From IMG/VR virus record IMGVR_UViG_3300011386_000023: a DNA stretch of 20,000 nt. One strand, written 5' to 3'. Source of the stretch: an uncultured virus (IMG/VR IMGVR_UViG_3300011386_000023) (Duplodnaviria; Heunggongvirae; Uroviricota; Caudoviricetes). Below the pieces are notes generated by a model that worked only from the letters and a program-made list of their open reading frames with translations, did not search any database and was not told the DNA's origin. Every line of letters begins with the position of its first letter. The first letter of the stretch is position 1. Shown piece by piece: positions 8,848 to 16,830 of the stretch. A program made the position numbers and the translations under genes.

Positions 8848-8894
8848 ATGTTGCAATCTGAACTATTTTTTTATCAGGCGGAAATGCTTCCGCT
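8848..8894 (-). promoter_or_regulatory. Late (Plys-like) promoter: box 8877-8894, -10 CAACAT 8853-8848
   Basis: GGCGGAA-ATGC-TTCCGCT, 57 bp from the start codon, the same distance as the protease copy. Confidence 0.72.
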
Positions 8895-8903
8895 CAGTTT
8901 TTA

Positions 8904-9455
8904 TTATTTTAACTTACAAGCATTTTCTAATGGCGAAATCACATATTGAAGCCCACGAATATCAAAAGAAACAAACGCAACATTTTTATTTGTAGTAGTA
9001 AATTTTAGAGCTAATTTATCATGCTTCAACAAAGGATCAATCATTTCAATAGGATTACTAAAGAATAGTGTTTGTAAATCATCGCCTCTACGCATTGAAT
9101 AGTCGACTGCTTTTTCAGCATCAAAACGCAAAGTGATATTTGAAGATTTATAATCTCTCCCAACAGAATCAACACTATTCTTTAATGCAAAATAAACATC
9201 AAATTTATTTTCTTGACAACGCAGAACTAAGCTTGGTCTAGTTTGAATTCCATCTAGTTTTAATGGTTCATCAGATTCGACATAAGCTAGCACCGTAAAA
9301 CTATCATCAATTGGATTTTTCTCATGGTGGTATTGCCATTTATTTTGAGATACTTGTGCTTCTGAAGCTGCTTGAATTTCACCTTGCTCAGCAACTTTTT
9401 CTTTAGAACATCCAGTTAATACAAGTAGCCCAACAACTAAAATAAATTTTTTCAT
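8904..9455 (-). CDS. Lipoprotein, probably co-transcribed with the repressor
   Basis: MKKFILVVGLLVLTG-C lipobox; start overlaps repressor stop. Confidence 0.85.
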   Translation of the reverse strand: MKKFILVVGLLVLTGCSKEKVAEQGEIQAASEAQVSQNKWQYHHEKNPIDDSFTVLAYVESDEPLKLDGIQTRPSLVLRCQENKFDVYFALKNSVDSVGRDYKSSNITLRFDAEKAVDYSMRRGDDLQTLFFSNPIEMIDPLLKHDKLALKFTTTNKNVAFVSFDIRGLQYVISPLENACKLK

Positions 9456-10102
9456 TAATAAAAAGTCCCGCGACTAGGTGGTATCCATCTACCAATAATT
9501 TCAACATCTGTCGATTCATTTAAATCAAGTTTCATGGGTAAATATTTTTCATTATCTGACAACAATAACAATTCATTAAATTGACGTTGAACACGTTTAA
9601 CCCAGAAATTTTCGTGATTTCTTACAACATAAATAAAACCATCAGTTAATTCTTTATCAATCGTATTGATTAATAAAGGCTCCTTATCATGAATAGTTGG
9701 CTCCATTGAATCGCCCTTGGCATAAACGATGACTAAGTCCTTAGCATAAAGCCCATGTCTTGCGAGCCAGTCTTTTCTAAATGCCAAACGGCTAGTAGGT
9801 TCTGTTTCACCCAAACAAACTGCACCATCACCAGCAGACACCGAAACATCATAAACATTGACTAAGTCAAACTCATAAGCAAAGTCACTATTTTGTAACT
9901 GTGGTGATTTATTACCCGTTACTATGTAACCAATATCTGCTCCAACTTCGGCAATTGCAGCTAAATATCCCGCTTTTGGTTGTGTCAAATCCTTCTCGTA
10001 ATCGATCTGACTTTTCTTGGTAGTGCCTGCTAATTCAGCAAAAACTGGTTGCGTATAACCCAGTCGCTCACGCTCTTCTTTAAGTCTTGCTCCAATAGTC
10101 AC
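9455..10102 (-). CDS. CI-like repressor (XRE HTH + S24 peptidase); likely GTG start at 10102
   Basis: IGARLKEERERLGYTQ HTH; SAGDG cleavage site, GDSMEP Ser, VKRV Lys; GGAG 8 nt upstream of GTG. Confidence 0.92.
   Translation of the reverse strand: MTIGARLKEERERLGYTQPVFAELAGTTKKSQIDYEKDLTQPKAGYLAAIAEVGADIGYIVTGNKSPQLQNSDFAYEFDLVNVYDVSVSAGDGAVCLGETEPTSRLAFRKDWLARHGLYAKDLVIVYAKGDSMEPTIHDKEPLLINTIDKELTDGFIYVVRNHENFWVKRVQRQFNELLLLSDNEKYLPMKLDLNESTDVEIIGRWIPPSRGTFY
9883..9900. promoter_or_regulatory. Auxiliary operator candidate inside the repressor gene
   Basis: AGTCACT-ATTT-TGTAACT resembles the main operator. Confidence 0.5.
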
Positions 10103-10121
10103 AAAAAACACTCCAATAATA

Positions 10122-10150
10122 TTGACAAGTAACTAAATAGTTACTAATGT
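10122..10150 (+). promoter_or_regulatory. Early lytic sigma70 promoter with operator palindrome at 10128-10145
   Basis: TTGACA-17 bp-TAATGT; AGTAACTA-AA-TAGTTACT fills the spacer. Confidence 0.85.
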
Positions 10151-10202
10151 GGTGCTATAAGTTCTACTTAATGCAACTTTAGACACACAGAGGAAACTAA
10201 AT

Positions 10203-10409
10203 ATGCACCTAAAAACTCCCGAAGAAGTTAAACAGGAATTTATTGAACAAGGTATTCCTGTTTCATCATGGGCTGAAAGTAAAGGTTTCACCCCACAAGA
10301 AGTTTACAAAGTACTCAACGGTCAATCTAAAGGAAACTTTGGACGTGCCCACAAGATTGCCGTTGCGCTCGGACTAAAACCAGAGCCTAAACAAAAAGTC
10401 ACTGTTTAG
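10203..10409 (+). CDS. Ner/Cro-like DNA-binding protein (BcepMu gp16-like)
   Basis: TPEEVK..F...G.....WA...GF....VY.VLNG....G.AHKIAVALGLK; divergent from the repressor. Confidence 0.88.
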   Translation: MHLKTPEEVKQEFIEQGIPVSSWAESKGFTPQEVYKVLNGQSKGNFGRAHKIAVALGLKPEPKQKVTV

Positions 10410-10414
10410 TTACT
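10397..10414. promoter_or_regulatory. Auxiliary operator candidate at the end of the ner-like gene
   Basis: AGTCACT-GTTT-AGTTACT, one arm mismatch to the main operator. Confidence 0.6.
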
Positions 10415-10442
10415 TCGCACATATTCGCACATTTTTGCACAC
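10414..10442 (+). repeat. Three 10-bp phased direct repeats
   Basis: TTCGCACATA TTCGCACATT TTTGCACAC. Confidence 0.8.
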
Positions 10443-10452
10443 GGGGAAAGAG

Positions 10453-10620
10453 ATGAGACAAAAACAATTAGGAAGTATTGCATTTCGTTACCTAATCGTC
10501 TTTGTAGCGACCTTCGGATATGTCCAATGGTTCTTCGCTGAACAAGACAATGAAGTTCTTAAACAGCAACTAATGTCAATCAAGTTTACTCAAGGAGATG
10601 GGCATGAGTTCAACAAATAA
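10453..10620 (+). CDS. Small single-TM protein
   Basis: ATG at 10453 after a purine-rich leader; hydrophobic segment YLIVFVATFGYVQWFF. Confidence 0.6.
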   Translation: MRQKQLGSIAFRYLIVFVATFGYVQWFFAEQDNEVLKQQLMSIKFTQGDGHEFNK

Positions 10621-10900
10621 ATCGGCAGGAAAAGTTTTATCAGTCTTATTCGCTCTACGTGGTCACTACATTACTGGCGTTAGCAATAAACAACTTTCTG
10701 AAAGCCTAAATGAGTCACCAACATTTATCACACGTGCACTACAAACGCTGGAAGCAAACGGCTGGGCTGAAAAACGCGATAACGGCAACTATGCACCAAG
10801 CATGATGGCAATTCGTTTCGGCGCTTCATGCAAAGAAGAATGTGACCGCATGCAAGCTCGTATTGATGAATACAAGCAACGTCTACAAACACAGTTTTAA
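10604..10900 (+). CDS. IclR-type winged HTH protein
   Basis: SAGKVLSVLFAL...GVSNKQLSESL..SPTFITRALQTL; RBS AGGAG. Confidence 0.8.
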   Translation: MSSTNKSAGKVLSVLFALRGHYITGVSNKQLSESLNESPTFITRALQTLEANGWAEKRDNGNYAPSMMAIRFGASCKEECDRMQARIDEYKQRLQTQF

Positions 10901-10912
10901 TAAGGGTTCGTT

Positions 10913-11797
10913 ATGAGTAATGAAGTAGTTACTGAAGTTGAAATTCAAAATCATACAAAGGCTGTTGCAGGTTTAGCAACGCAACTTGGTTATGAAGGAG
11001 CCTTAACTGTAGGTGCATTGGAAGATGAAATTCGCTTTTTCCAACAACGTACTGTTGAAGCTGTTATGGAGCTTGGCAAACGCTTATTAATTTTAAAAGA
11101 AATCACCCCTCATGGTGAATTTAATAAGCGTGTTGAGATGTTGAATTTCACCCCACGTATGGCACAAAAATTCATGTCAGCAGTATTGAAATTCTCAAAA
11201 ACGAATTCGAGTTCGCTTTTGCAGAAAGCTGGAAATCAAACAAAATTGCTTGAGCTTGTAACATTGGATGACGATGAAATACAAGTCATCGAACAAGGTG
11301 GAAGCATTGGAGAGCTTTCATTAGATAGCATTGAAACCATGTCGGCACGCGAATTAAAAGACGAACTTCGCAAAATTAAAGCTGATAAGGAAGCTGCTGA
11401 CTTACTTCTTCAAAAGAAAGACCTAAAGATTAATGAATTAGACGCAAAGCTCACCAAGCTTCAGAGTCCAGTTCAAATCAAAAAGCGTGCTGAATCTGAA
11501 GAGCAACTCATTGCTGCAAAGGCTTTAGAAGAAGCCACCAGCGCATGTTTAACAATGCACAACGACACAGTGCGCTTCAAGAACACTATCAACTCTGTTT
11601 TAGACACCATCAATGAGCATGGCCTTTACAACATCCAAGAGCAACTAGAAGCCCTCGTTATCAGCGCATTTCAACAGATTGCCCAAACTAGTGTTGAATT
11701 TGGAATCCAAATTGATTTTGAAACGATGGTAAACCCAGCATGGTTACCTGCGGATCAAGACGCTGCTGCATTTGATGCAACAAACGTGGAGCAGTAA
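10913..11797 (+). CDS. DUF3102-domain protein
   Basis: ELGKRLLILKE..PHGEF...R.AQKFM pattern; sits immediately before the transposase as in B3-like phages. Confidence 0.82.
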   Translation: MSNEVVTEVEIQNHTKAVAGLATQLGYEGALTVGALEDEIRFFQQRTVEAVMELGKRLLILKEITPHGEFNKRVEMLNFTPRMAQKFMSAVLKFSKTNSSSLLQKAGNQTKLLELVTLDDDEIQVIEQGGSIGELSLDSIETMSARELKDELRKIKADKEAADLLLQKKDLKINELDAKLTKLQSPVQIKKRAESEEQLIAAKALEEATSACLTMHNDTVRFKNTINSVLDTINEHGLYNIQEQLEALVISAFQQIAQTSVEFGIQIDFETMVNPAWLPADQDAAAFDATNVEQ

Positions 11798-11799
11798 TC

Positions 11800-13551
11800 A
11801 TGACAAATCCAAACTTAGCAAAACAAGATTACTTGCGCGAAATTGCAGCCAAACTTGCTGCTGCCGAGTTTGGTGGGAAAGCTGCGATTGTTAAAACTGC
11901 ATGCGACTTTTTAAGTCTTAGCAAGCCACAACTTTACCGTGAACTTGAAAAAGTAGGTTTTAAATCTGAACGTAAACAGCGCTCTGATAAAGGCAAAACA
12001 GTTGTACCAACTGAAGTTGCTGAAATGGTCGGCGGTATGGTGCATGTAGCAACCCGTGCCAATGGTAAAAAGACATTGCCGATGACTACTGCACTGGAAA
12101 TGCTTATCGCTGACGGTAAAGCACCAAAAGTATCAGCAGCAACAGTTGCGCGTGTCATGAAACAAAACATGTGCCACCCAAAACAACTGGCTACACCATC
12201 GGCACATACACAGCAAAAATCGCTACATCCAAACCACGTTTGGCAGGTTGATGCCTCTGTCTGTGTTTTGTTTTACCTGCCTAAAGGCGGTATGCAAGTG
12301 ATGGATGAGAAAAAGTTCTACAAGAACAAACCTGCCAATGTGAAGAAAATCGAAAATGACCGTGTGATTCGCTATGTCATGACTGACCACTATTCAGGCT
12401 CAATTTATGTTGAGTATGTCTATGGCAGTGAAAGCTCTGAAAACTTAATTGAGATTTTCTTAAATGCAATTCAAAAGCGTTCTGCTCAAGAGCCGATGCA
12501 TGGTGTTCCAAACATCCTTTACACAGACAAAGGCTGTGCAAACACCAGTGGCTTATTCAGAAATTTACTTGAGCGCCTAGATGTAACTTTTATACCCCAT
12601 GCAACTGGTAATTCACAAGCAAAAGGCCAAGTTGAAAACGCTCAAAATATTGTTGAAACACAGTTTGAAGGCCGCCTGCGTTTCATGCAGATCAACAATA
12701 TCCAAGAGTTAAATGCCCAAGCTACTGCATGGCGCATGTATTGGAATGAAACAAAAATTCATAGCCGTACTAAGCGCAGCCGTAATGCTGTTTGGCAAAC
12801 CATTAAGCCTGAACAATTACGCATTGCTCCAACAATGGAATTGTGCCGTGAACTTATCAGCACAGTACCAGTTGAAAAAACAGTTAAAGCCAATCTTACG
12901 GTTAGTCATGCCATTCAAGGCTATGGCTCACAAGACTATGACGTTCGTCATGTTGATGGGGTTTATCCGAAAGCTAAGTTGCAGATTGTAGTGAATCCAT
13001 ACCGTGCGCCATGCATCGATGTATTGACTAAAGATCAACACGGCAATGAGGTCATTTTCACATGCGAACCGATGCAAGTTGATTGGGTTGGCTTTGGAAA
13101 TGATGCAGCAATCATCGGTGAAGAAATTAAGGCAATGCCTCAAAGCAAAATTGATGAAAACCGCAAACGCATACTTAAAAAAGCTTATGACGCTGAAACT
13201 CTTGAGCAAGTTGATAAAGCAATTGCCAAGAAGAAACCAGCCTATGACGGTCAGCTCAATGCTATGGCAGACGTTGCAGCGGTTGAAGTTCCGACTTACA
13301 TCAAACGAGCTGGTGAGCAAGTCACTACACCAATACAACGTCGTGAATCTGCACCTATTTCAACAGTAGAAGCTGCAAAAGAAATCCGAGGCTTAATTGG
13401 TGATCTGTGGACCACGGATCACTACAAGGCCCTCAAAAAATCTTATCCAGATGGTTTAGTCCCTGCCGATGCAGTACGTGAAATTGCTGAAGCAATAAAG
13501 GCTGAACAAGAACTTCCACTACAACGGCCACAACTTCGTGTTGTTGGTTAA
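11800..13551 (+). CDS. DDE transposase (MuA analogue, rve core)
   Basis: RKQRSDKG, WQVDAS (D), YTDKG (D), AKGQVE (E). Confidence 0.93.
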   Translation: MTNPNLAKQDYLREIAAKLAAAEFGGKAAIVKTACDFLSLSKPQLYRELEKVGFKSERKQRSDKGKTVVPTEVAEMVGGMVHVATRANGKKTLPMTTALEMLIADGKAPKVSAATVARVMKQNMCHPKQLATPSAHTQQKSLHPNHVWQVDASVCVLFYLPKGGMQVMDEKKFYKNKPANVKKIENDRVIRYVMTDHYSGSIYVEYVYGSESSENLIEIFLNAIQKRSAQEPMHGVPNILYTDKGCANTSGLFRNLLERLDVTFIPHATGNSQAKGQVENAQNIVETQFEGRLRFMQINNIQELNAQATAWRMYWNETKIHSRTKRSRNAVWQTIKPEQLRIAPTMELCRELISTVPVEKTVKANLTVSHAIQGYGSQDYDVRHVDGVYPKAKLQIVVNPYRAPCIDVLTKDQHGNEVIFTCEPMQVDWVGFGNDAAIIGEEIKAMPQSKIDENRKRILKKAYDAETLEQVDKAIAKKKPAYDGQLNAMADVAAVEVPTYIKRAGEQVTTPIQRRESAPISTVEAAKEIRGLIGDLWTTDHYKALKKSYPDGLVPADAVREIAEAIKAEQELPLQRPQLRVVG

Positions 13552-13560
13552 GGAGCAACC

Positions 13561-14838
13561 ATGAAACAAAAAGACTGCTCGACAAAACTCAAGGACCTCA
13601 TTTTAGACAACGGAATTATACAAGCTGATTTAGCTCGATACGTACAGCTAAGCCCGTCATCGATCAACATCATCATCAACTGCCTTAGATGGCCGAAGAA
13701 GAATACTGATTTTGTGAAAGCCCGTTTTAGAGAGTTCTTGGTCAACGCAAAGATTAGCGAGTCAGAAATCGATGATGCATTTAACGAAATGTTTGATGCA
13801 CCACCACAAAAAACACTTCTTGAAAGACTTGGCTCAGAGGCAGCTAGTGAAAGAGAACTAGACCATGTGTATCGCGCATTAGTAGCACGACACGGAAACA
13901 AACAAATTAATGAACTTTTAAATGAGGACGAACAAGCCATGTTGCTCGCAAAACAGTCGTTGACTCAACAAGCTAAAAAACATTTTGGCTTGTTTGACAA
14001 CCCTTTCACAAATGAAGTTCGTGCAGTTGAAGAACTATTCTTGAATAGCGACATCAACTATGTGCGTCAAGCCTTATATCAGACAGCTAAACATGGCGGA
14101 TTCATAGCAATCTCAGGTGAGTCAGGTTCAGGTAAATCGACTTTACGACGCGACCTTTTAGATCGTATTCGTCGTGAAAAATTACCAATTTTGATTATCG
14201 AACCATATGTCATTGCGACTGAAGATAATGACATTCAAGGTAAGACACTTAAATCAAGCCATATTGCTGAAGCAATTATTAATACGGTTAGTGCTGGTCA
14301 AGAGAAACCACGCATGTCTGCCGAGGCTCGTTTCCGCCAAGTACATATGATTTTAAAAAATTCAAGTGAAGCCGGTTATAGCCATTTATTAGTGATTGAA
14401 GAAGCTCACAGCTTGCCAATCGCTACTCTTAAACAGTTAAAGCGTTTCTTTGAATTAGAGGACGGCTACAAAAAACTAATTGGGATCGTCTTAATCGGTC
14501 AGCCAGAACTTGCAAACAAATTAAGTGAGCGCAACCCAGCGGTACGTGAAGTTGTACAGCGTTGTGAGAGTGTGACACTGGAACCTTTAACAAATACTTC
14601 ATTAGTTGAGTACTTACAACACCGAGTTAAAAGCGTCGATAAAAAACTGGAGTCGATCATCACTGAAGAAGGCATTCAAGCAGTTGTTGACCGTCTAACT
14701 CAAATCAATAGCGCTGGCAAAACCACACGCTCACTTTTATATCCACTTGCCATTGGCAACTTAATTACCAGTTCTATGAACCTCGCAGCAGAAATCGGCG
14801 AGGACGTTATCACACGCGACATCGTGATGGGGGTTTAA
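13561..14838 (+). CDS. Transposition ATPase (MuB analogue, ExeA-like AAA) with N-terminal HTH
   Basis: GESGSGKS Walker A, LLVIEEAH Walker B, LIGQPEL. Confidence 0.92.
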   Translation: MKQKDCSTKLKDLILDNGIIQADLARYVQLSPSSINIIINCLRWPKKNTDFVKARFREFLVNAKISESEIDDAFNEMFDAPPQKTLLERLGSEAASERELDHVYRALVARHGNKQINELLNEDEQAMLLAKQSLTQQAKKHFGLFDNPFTNEVRAVEELFLNSDINYVRQALYQTAKHGGFIAISGESGSGKSTLRRDLLDRIRREKLPILIIEPYVIATEDNDIQGKTLKSSHIAEAIINTVSAGQEKPRMSAEARFRQVHMILKNSSEAGYSHLLVIEEAHSLPIATLKQLKRFFELEDGYKKLIGIVLIGQPELANKLSERNPAVREVVQRCESVTLEPLTNTSLVEYLQHRVKSVDKKLESIITEEGIQAVVDRLTQINSAGKTTRSLLYPLAIGNLITSSMNLAAEIGEDVITRDIVMGV

Positions 14839-14841
14839 GCC

Positions 14842-14940
14842 ATGAAATTTAATTTAAGAAATTTACTGATTGTGAACTTTGCAGTTTGGTTTTTTGCAGT
14901 CGCTGTAGTGATGGCTGTGCTAGGAGGTTGCAATGGATAA
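14842..14940 (+). CDS. 32-aa hydrophobic peptide MKFNLRNLLIVNFAVWFFAVAVVMAVLGGCNG
   Basis: Manual translation; starts 3 nt after the ATPase stop. Confidence 0.6.
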   Translation: MKFNLRNLLIVNFAVWFFAVAVVMAVLGGCNG

Positions 14941-15034
14941 GACATACCTCGCTGTCTGGATTTGCATCACGATCATGATCGTTGCTTGTTCTGGTTTTGA
15001 TGCATTAAGCAAATTTGGAGGTTGCAATGGCTGA
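14933..15034 (+). CDS. 33-aa hydrophobic peptide MDKTYLAVWICITIMIVACSGFDALSKFGGCNG
   Basis: Strong RBS AGGAGG; overlaps both neighbours by 8 nt. Confidence 0.65.
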   Translation: MDKTYLAVWICITIMIVACSGFDALSKFGGCNG

Positions 15035-15245
15035 TTTTGCAGATGTAGCAAGCACTTTGTCTGAACAAGATTTAGACCATGCACTTGCCAACATTAAACA
15101 CTTTGACCAAGTCAGTAACTATGAATGTGAAGACTGTGGTGCCGAAATTCCAGAGCGTCGTCGCGCTCTGGGCAATGTAAAGCTTTGCATTGACTGTCAA
15201 ACAGCAGTTGAAAGCAAATCCAAACATTTCCGAGGTGGTCTATGA
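15027..15245 (+). CDS. TraR/DksA C4 zinc-finger protein
   Basis: MADFADVA N-terminus, CEDCGAEIPERRR...LCIDCQ; RBS GGAGG. Confidence 0.92.
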   Translation: MADFADVASTLSEQDLDHALANIKHFDQVSNYECEDCGAEIPERRRALGNVKLCIDCQTAVESKSKHFRGGL

Positions 15246-15472
15246 ACATCAAACAAAAACGCGCTCATTTTCCCAAGGTTTTAGACAAATTGGTCAGTGG
15301 TGATTATGTGCTTGTACCAAAAGAATCTGCTCAGTTTTGTGCAGAAAAAACTATTGACCATGTCCATGACAATATTCGTGAGTTTGGTGAAAACGCTGAA
15401 CTTGAAGCCGAATGGAAAGCCCATGCTCATGCATTGATGGTTGCAACAGGTGACACACGCTATGAAAACTAG
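15242..15472 (+). CDS. Hypothetical protein
   Basis: ATGA overlap with upstream gene; RBS GAGGT. Confidence 0.7.
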   Translation: MNIKQKRAHFPKVLDKLVSGDYVLVPKESAQFCAEKTIDHVHDNIREFGENAELEAEWKAHAHALMVATGDTRYEN

Positions 15473-16133
15473 ATGTCCAGCATGCGGAGCAACAAACAGC
15501 CTAGATGCCCTATTAGGGCATGGTGAAGCAAGCAAAGCTTTCGTTGCTTCACTAAATCTGGTTGGTGATTTAGCTACGCCACTGGTCAAGTACTTGGGAA
15601 TGTTCCGCTCTCAAAATCGTGAGCTTACTTTTGAACGCACAGCTAAGTTACTTGGCGAAATTGCTGCGGATATTAATGCGCAGCAAATCAAACGTGGTCA
15701 CCACAGTTACCCAGCTCCTAAAGCAGCATGGATCTGGGCAATCAACACAATGCTTGAGCGTCGTGACCAAGGCAAGTTGCAGTTGCCTCTGAAAAACCAC
15801 GGCTATCTATATGAAGTGATCAGTTCATTCAAGCCAGAAAATGCACCAGCACCAACTGAGCGTCGAGCTGCTGTGCCACTAGAGAAAACTGAAGCTGAAC
15901 GTGCAGCTGAGCAAGCTGAACATGAACGTCAAAAGCATATACGCCCAAACTTCAGCGTTACCGAAATGCTTGGCTTCACAAAAATGAATGAGAAGCAGCC
16001 AGAACGTGGGCTGAAGAATATTCCAAAAGAACAACTTATGGCGCATGTCGTTAAACACAAGCATCCAGATGAAACTTTAGAACAGTGCTACCAACGCTTA
16101 AAAGCAGCTGAAACACAGGAGCAAACTAACTAA
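15462..16133 (+). CDS. Early protein with N-terminal CPxCG motif, typical of Mu-like phages
   Basis: MKTRCPACGA..SLDALL, YLGMFR and LPLKNHGYLYEV. Confidence 0.8.
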   Translation: MKTRCPACGATNSLDALLGHGEASKAFVASLNLVGDLATPLVKYLGMFRSQNRELTFERTAKLLGEIAADINAQQIKRGHHSYPAPKAAWIWAINTMLERRDQGKLQLPLKNHGYLYEVISSFKPENAPAPTERRAAVPLEKTEAERAAEQAEHERQKHIRPNFSVTEMLGFTKMNEKQPERGLKNIPKEQLMAHVVKHKHPDETLEQCYQRLKAAETQEQTN

Positions 16134-16636
16134 TGGCACGTAAATCACTCAAAGAACCACAACTTCAAAGTTGGGAAGCAGTTGATCAAACATTGGCACA
16201 AATGGCTGAGATCAACCGTGACATCGCACTTGAAGAAGCTGCTTGTAATGAACAGGTCGACAAGCTCAAGGAAGCAACCAAACAACGTCTTAAACCGCTA
16301 TTGGAACGAGTTAAGGCGTATGAACTTCAACTTAAAGAATTTTGTGATCACCGCAAAAATGAGTTTTTGCAAATCAAGAGTAAAAAGTTGACACACGGTT
16401 CGGTTGGCTACCGCTTATCCACCAGTGTGACTATTCCTGATCCTGTTTTTACTTGCCAGATGCTCAAGCAATTAAAGCTTGAACACTGCATCCGTACTAA
16501 AACCGAACCTGATAAGGAGTCAATCAAACAACTCACACCCGAACTAATCGCTGAAATTGGTGCAACTCTTAAACAGCGCAACAACTTTGGCTATGAAATT
16601 GAAACAGTTGATCCAACTGCTACAGCTGCTCATTAA
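16133..16636 (+). CDS. gam: Host-nuclease inhibitor Gam
   Basis: Coiled-coil N-terminus; KSKKLTHGSVGYR and IRTKTEPDKE motifs. Confidence 0.88.
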   Translation: MARKSLKEPQLQSWEAVDQTLAQMAEINRDIALEEAACNEQVDKLKEATKQRLKPLLERVKAYELQLKEFCDHRKNEFLQIKSKKLTHGSVGYRLSTSVTIPDPVFTCQMLKQLKLEHCIRTKTEPDKESIKQLTPELIAEIGATLKQRNNFGYEIETVDPTATAAH

Positions 16637-16658
16637 ACCTAAAACTGAGGCTATCAAC

Positions 16659-16826
16659 ATGTACACAGTTAAAGCACTTGAACCGCAACTAAATGATGAT
16701 CCGCAAGCCCTGTTTGCAATCGTCCGTGATGACGACGTTTTAGTCGGTCATTTCTACCGCCACGAACATGCAGAAATTGCATGTGCAGCACTTAACCAAA
16801 ATCAAGCAACTACTGAAGGAAATTAA
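16659..16826 (+). CDS. Hypothetical protein, 55 aa
   Basis: ATG at 16659 with RBS GAGG. Confidence 0.65.
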   Translation: MYTVKALEPQLNDDPQALFAIVRDDDVLVGHFYRHEHAEIACAALNQNQATTEGN

Positions 16827-16830
16827 ACTC

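Noticed and set aside
1019..8894. GGCGGAA palindromes read as CRISPR, REP or terminator elements
   Set aside because: Dispersed copies, no spacers or cas genes, and fixed spacing to start codons, which fits activator sites
1236..8995. Overlapping ORFs at 1236, 2478, 3992, 4120, 4352, 5939, 6786, 6877, 7461, 8557 and 8810
   Set aside because: Antisense or alternate-frame overlaps of well-supported phage genes, with no recognisable motifs
9918..9930. GTTAC-TAT-GTAAC palindrome in the repressor gene
   Set aside because: Half-site spacing (3 bp) differs from the operator consensus (6 bp); probably chance
13561..14838. ExeA-like ATPase as a type II secretion component
   Set aside because: Position directly after the transposase identifies it as the MuB analogue
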